Below, piece by piece: positions 58,201 to 64,000 of a stretch of DNA of 64,000 nt. Both the position numbers and the translations under genes were made by a program. Origin of the DNA: Halocafeteria seosinensis (taxonomy: Eukaryota); contig LVLI01000593.1 in the NCBI GenBank assembly GCA_001687465.1, positions 1 through 64,000 on the forward strand, given 5' to 3'. How positions within the stretch are numbered: the first letter of the stretch is position 1; each line of letters opens with the position of its first letter. Under the pieces are notes generated by a model. That model had not been told where the DNA came from. It worked only from the letters and a program-made list of their open reading frames with translations, and ran no database searches.

Positions 58201-60068
58201 AAGCGACACAGCAAGCTGTCAACAATGAAGGCGTCGATCCGACAGCCACTAAGAAACTTAAAAAAATTATCTCTGCAAACAGTGCGGTGTTAGAGAGCAC
58301 ACGGAAACTCTCGGCGCTTTTTAATTTGGCCATGTGCCTCATTCCTTACGCCGCATCGGATAACTGTGTTGAGCTGTTCAATTCCATTAAGCGCACAATC
58401 TTGGACGATACTGTGGGAAGCATTCAAAAACGAGGCTATCAGCTACTACTGACACTGCTGACACACTGCAGATATTTTTCGGTTAATGGAGAATACAGGT
58501 CCAATATCATCAGTATTCTGCGTAAGTCCTTACTTAAAGTATCGGCCTCCGCCAAACGAGTGCGCCTACAGTGCCTCCGGGCGGTAATTTCGGCGCTTGA
58601 TCCGACGACTGAAGAAAAATACCAAGAAATCATAATAGAACTTCTAGGAGAGGTAATGTTGTGTTTGAAGGAGTCAAACAGGAGAGCTCGCTCCGCTGCT
58701 TTCGACTTGTTCTTGACAATGGCATACAAATTTTCCGAAACGAATGACCAAGGCACCGACGAAAATCACATAGACAACAAGTACATACTACAGTTCGTGA
58801 AGTACACTGCAACTGGCTTAACTGGAAGCACTATCCAGATGAAAGCTGCTACGATTATCGCGTTGTGTCGGCTACTTTACGAATTTCGTGAAGTACCGGA
58901 AGTGCAAGATGTACTGACTGGCTTGACTAAATCCGTCGCAATTTCAATGAAAGCTAATGTTCGAGAGATAAGTAAAGCTGTCGTATCTTATATGCGTGTT
59001 TTAGTTGCCGTCTTCCCGCCAGCACTGTTGGAGGAGTGCTTGCCTGATATAATCACATCTCTGTTTGTTTGGAGTGGCGATCATAAAAGGAAACTTCGCG
59101 GGAAAATCCGCGTCGTGGTTGAACGAATGGTCCGTCGCTTTGGGTTAGAAAGGATAGAAAGCTTGATGCCAGAAGCGGATGTCAATCTACTCCGTTATAT
59201 TCGGCGTAGTAAAGCTAGAAAGCAACGAAAGAGAGAAGCTGCAAGGAATCCGGAGGCTAGCAATGGGACTTACGTCAGTGGAGCCACGAATAGAGAGAAT
59301 TCCTCCACACTGGAAGGGTTTGATGAACTGATGGACTCAGATGAAGAGGAAGCTGACTTGATGACCCAGGCTACAGGAATGAGTGGGTTTTCGAAGTCTC
59401 GAACAGCCGCAAGTAAGAGCTCTAAAGGAAGTAAGAGAGGATCTCGCAATAGCGACCAAGCACCGGCGTCATGGCTTAAAGCCGATGTCGACTCAGCTGG
59501 TCAAAGTGATCCTATGAATTTGTTGGAACCATCAGCCGTGAAATCTGTTGTGGGAACTGATCCTAATGTCCTTGCTGCACTTAGACGGAAAAGAGAATCT
59601 GCCATGCTCGAAGGGGGATCAAACGGGGTCAATGTAGATAACAAGGGTCGGATTATAGTAGATATGGACTTTTCTGGGGACGAGGAATCGGAATCTGATA
59701 CCGATAATGAAAAGAAATCCGATAGTACGGCTTCCAAGAAAAGTCGGAAGACTGAGGGCGGCGAAACACCTAATGTTGAATTTAGTGGAGAAGGGTGGGG
59801 TCTAACTACGAAGAACAAATTGCAAATGAAGAAGCGTCAGCAAGACGAGAAGGGAAATGCGAAGTTTAGTGGTAAAGCGTATCAGAGTAAACGGGGTAAA
59901 GGAGACCAGCGTAAACGAGGACAAAAGTATGAGCCATTTGCATATGTGCCTCTGGATCCAAAGCAGTTGTCTGCTAAAGGAAACAAACGATCTGTTGGGA
60001 GGTTTAGTGCTGTGGTAAACTCAAACAAGGGAGCAGGCAAGCCCTCTAAGAAACGTCAACGCCGTTAG
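55233..60068 (+). CDS. RRP12: RRP12-like ribosome biogenesis protein (HEAT/NUC173), 2 exons
   Basis: QLWELFPSFC, IQKRGYQLL, LGEVMLCLKESNRRARSAAFDL, ERMVRRFG and C-terminal GKAYQSKRGKGDQRKRGQKYEPFAYVPLD. Confidence 0.92.
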
Positions 60069-60674
60069 CTTTCGCAATCAGCAGGAACCTCTTGCTTTAT
60101 GATACGAGCGTGGTTCGAATTGTCTCACGGCTATATGCTGATGTACCTGCCACTCTCAGTCCCGAAAATGGGGACCAGTGGTAGCATCTTACTTGGGGAA
60201 CAAACGCGACACCCCGGTTATGGAAGGCACATTGAGTGGGTGGAAAATTCGTATTGCATGCATGCATCCGCGATGGGCGCACATTAGAATGTCGAAGCAC
60301 TGCACCGTGTCCCCCCAGTCACAGTTGCCTGGATCGACGGACGAGTTATGAGTAGTTAGAAATGGTTTGAACAATGACATGGTTGTTGTCTAATACACAA
60401 GTGGACGGTACTCTGTACTTGCTTTGGCTACGATGTGTCTTTCAATACGAGGTAGAGCCCAATCCGTAAATTTATTGTCTTTTGATTCACTTTTTAAGAC
60501 GGTAACCGTTCCGGCACCTGGGATCAAGCGTAGCGACACTAGACGGCGTTTATAATACTCCCGTGGTGTGCGATTGTATAGGATTGAATGCTATGGCATG
60601 GTAGTGTATCCTTACTAGTAGCTAGTAGAAACAGCATGCAACGCTTTCAACCATGTAGATACCTTAATTTCTCA

Positions 60675-62973
60675 CTACTTTCGGAAGGCTTGATCCTTGC
60701 TGTAGAGCGTAAATTTGTCATGCACCAGGAACCGATTGTCGTCGTGCATTGCAAAGCTCAAATGCGTCTTGTTCGCGGTGATTCCACCGATTCCAAAGTC
60801 ATGGGTTCTGAAGACAATCCAAGACGGCACCGGGTAAGAATTCGCCGTTACATTTGCCCAGGGCATTTGGTACGTGTTGCCTGGAGGCATTGCAAAACCA
60901 AGGTTCCTTAGGATCTTTGGGTAATGTTCCCAAAACACTATTTGTGCACTTACCAGCATTGCCAATGACGACATGAACCGTGCCGTGGCCCGCTGGAGCT
61001 TCCGATCCATGCGCCATAGGTGCTGTGCGCTCATACTGATGTACATGTCCCCACAAAGCCAAATCCACGTGGTAAATCCGCATGAGAGGGTCGTACACTG
61101 TCCTAAAATGGTAGTCCATAGGTAGGCCTGTGCATCACGGATACATACGATTAAAACGTTGGATGTGTGAAGCATGGTAGCAGGGGACGTACTGAATGAG
61201 TGATTTGAGCTGGTATACATTGGTCGATGACCCATGAACACAAGCCATGGTTGTTTTGTCCGGTTCACCGATGCTAGATCATTCTGCAATGCATGTAGCA
61301 TCAATTGAGATGAAAAACGCGGAGCAGGTTCCGAATGATGTTAGTACTTACCACTATCCACTTGTATTGAGAGGAGCCAGGCATAAAGTCAGTTTCGGTG
61401 GACATCACAAGATAATGAATTGGACCCCAGTCGAAAGAGTAGTAAAGACTTCTAACCGTTGAGTTACCTGGGCCTGGCATGTGGAACCGCTGGAAGTACG
61501 GAACACCACACTGCATTGTACGAGGAAATTAACACGATATCAATGAGGCTGGACACTAGGATCGCATACATACCTCTCCACCGCTATCGCGTCCATAGGA
61601 ACTCCATGACGGTCTAAACGGTTGGGTTGGCCAGTCATATTCGTGGTTACCTATGCCAACCATATAAGGGATTCGAGCAGCGATTGTTCCGATTTGTCTG
61701 CTCATAAAGTATTCCCAGAATACAGCGTATCCTACCGCATAGGAGATGTCTCCGATATGAATGATGTTAAGAGGGTTTTTCAAGTCCGCCGTACTCTTAA
61801 GCAAGAACTCTTTCGAAATGCCCGCCGGGGCAAAGTTACTCCAGTTCAGATGGTGACCAGGTACCACGGTAGTCAGAGGTAGTGTAACCCCTGAGTCCCC
61901 GAAGACAGTACTCTGCACAGTCTTATCGGTACCTACCTCAGGAGCGGTAATGAATGCCTCCACCGCTCCCCAATCGCTGTTGGCATGGCCGTTTGATACT
62001 TGATAGTAGTACCTAGCTGATTCCGTCAAACCCGTAAGAAGCACCTGCAGGCATTTGCAAAATCAGTTTAACACAAAATCAGTAGGGATGTTGAAAATGA
62101 TTTCCTTACGTCATTCTGAATACCAGGATCAATATAATTGGCTGGGTCCGTTGCAGGAGAAGTATAATTTGCTGGACCAATGCCCGAAGCGTTGCACATA
62201 TCGTTGATGGTATAGGTGCCAGTAGTCCCTGAGAAAACGGAAGCATCCAGCATGTCAGGAGAAGTCCCCACACGAACCTGGAATAGCAGATATTTGTCCA
62301 TGAATTGAAGCAGAAATAGATATTTCCTGAACAGAAAAAAAAAGAAAAAAACTCTCTGACATACCTTTGGAGTACCGCCCGATTTGGCAGATGTCCACAT
62401 AACGCGCATTTCTTTAGGGCTGTTGCCGATGGCAAGTCTCAGTTGCTGTGGGGCATCCTCGTCCTCGAAGCGGACAGTGTTGCTCACTGCGAGCACATTC
62501 CCAGCTTGAATCCTCCAGACGGACAAAAAGTCCGCGTCATCCTTCTCACATCCTTCTGGCGGCTCGTCCGAGGAACAAATGACTTTTCGCAATTTTTGGT
62601 TGGTAACGCCGTATTCCGTGGGATCCGCGCGTTGAAGAATTTTGTACACGAAAGGCTGCCTAAAGTTGTACGCTTCGACCCGCGCGTGTCCACGGGTGGT
62701 TTCAATGGGGATAACCCCGAACGGATACAAAGCATCGAGGGTGTAGTAAAATCCAATGAAATGGCCCCTTTGGGCTCCATCCCAGGATAATGTCACCTGG
62801 GCTGTCCAATTGGAAGGCTTCCTGCGGTTGGGAATGACCGCCGGAGACGCCTTCAATGTGGGCCCGTCGCCTCCGCGAAGGCCATATGCAAGTGTTGATG
62901 TGCTTCCGACGAGAGAAAGCAGCGAAAATAGAGTAAAATAAGGGAAAATGTCCCTGAAGAACACCATGCTCAC
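60675..62973 (-). CDS. Secreted purple acid phosphatase-family metallophosphoesterase, multi-exon
   Basis: Signal peptide; P.QLRLA...MRVMWTS; metal-ligand motifs GDSG, GDISY, GNHE, FMGHRPMY, WGHVHQYER. Confidence 0.93.
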
Positions 62974-63434
62974 AGGGGTATTTTCAGCACCAATACACGC
63001 CTTTTGATCCCCTCAAGCACTCGCCAACAGCACCTCTGTTCACTCCACTATCTCCACAGGTGATCAACAACTACAATTGACTCCAATACAAGGTGCATGA
63101 AGCGGACGGAAATGACGTGATATGTGCGTTGAAGTTGAAGTTAGGGACACGTTGGCACACCTGCAGGCTGCAGCCTGCAGTGGAGAGTGCGGGAAGTCGA
63201 GAAGCCAAACCAAGAGCAGTAGCGGGAGCAACGGTTGCCAGAAGAACACGGCTGCATACGGTTTAACTGAACGAAGACAGCCGCATACGTGGAGTGTTGG
63301 GTTAATGCGAAATGAATGCGTCATATTGAATTTCCTTTAGTCTCAGTAACTGGGTTACGCTAACATACATAGTTCATGCCAATGGATAACAAAGCCAAAA
63401 CAAATCGTAAAGCAGAAACATCCTCAACATTCAC

Positions 63435-64000
63435 TTAGTGGTTGTGGCGAAACTCTTGGTCCTTTGCGTACAAGGTAAAGCTATCATGCACCAAAAAGCG
63501 GTTATCGTCATGCATCGCAAAACTAAGTTCCTGTTTGGAAGCACGTATACCTCCCACTCCGTAATCTAGTGAACGGAAAACAACCCAATCCGGCTCTGGA
63601 TAATAGTTTATGGTTGAACCCGCCCAAGGGGTTTGATATGTATTTCCTGAAATGTGCAGCGAATGATCGGAAGTTTTATCCCGTAAGCATTATAGCAATA
63701 GTGTACAAGTCGAATATACTCACCTGCGTTGCCGATGATGACATGCACCGTTCCATGACCTGGAGGTGCTTCAGTGGCGTTCCTTGAAATTGGAGCGGTG
63801 CGCTCGTACTGGTGGACGTGTCCCCATAGTGCCAGATCTACATGATACTTCCTGAACAGCGGTTCGTAGGTCTCTTTCAGATGCTCCGGAATAAGACCTG
63901 TGACAAGCAAACCCAACATCTTGTTGCCCAGCTTTTTCTCTTGCAAACGACCGCCGGTAAAATACATACTGAATGTCGTGCTGCATGTGTACATGGGCCG
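63435..64000 (-). CDS. Second purple acid phosphatase paralog (3' part; truncated by window edge)
   Basis: RPMY, YEPLFRKYHVDLALWGHVHQYERTAP, GTVHVIIGNAG and FAMHDDNRFLVHDSFTLYAKDQ; same last-intron position as the neighbouring gene. Confidence 0.9.

Noticed and set aside
1..64000. tRNA/rRNA genes (GTTCGAA hits near 4104, 20899, 31523, 40235, 60114)
   Set aside because: No cloverleaf stems around any hit; no rRNA-like sequence seen.

Overview
Gene-dense eukaryotic DNA with short GT-AG introns (mostly ~55-120 nt). It is probably a flagellated protist: it carries CFAP97/hemingway-like and LEKR1-like genes, and the CxxxC HMA variant of its Cu-ATPase suggests a stramenopile (inference). About 20 protein genes are recognisable: an HNH nuclease, an MBOAT acyltransferase, a P1B Cu-ATPase, an SDR, a GH31 glycosidase, PYROXD2, Trm10, LEKR1, a MAP2K, a GAF-GAF phosphodiesterase, a CFAP97-domain repeat protein, an LRR protein, a GLUG-type protein, a patatin TAG lipase, SmB, RRP12 and two tandem purple acid phosphatases. 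Two accessory zones stand out. At 0.3-4.4 kb an HNH gene overlaps a small spliced gene antisense and sits next to a dead chromodomain relic. At 40.6-49.5 kb intronless LRR, bacterial-like and GLUG genes are mixed with decayed lipase copies. The most interesting leads are a phosphodiesterase whose N-terminus resembles the prokaryotic DICT/CHASE6 sensor, an SmB gene with a 6-nt microexon and a structured intron containing a possible poison splice acceptor, and AP-1-type TGASTCA motifs concentrated upstream of genes. All calls were made by eye without database searches, and exon boundaries are predictions.
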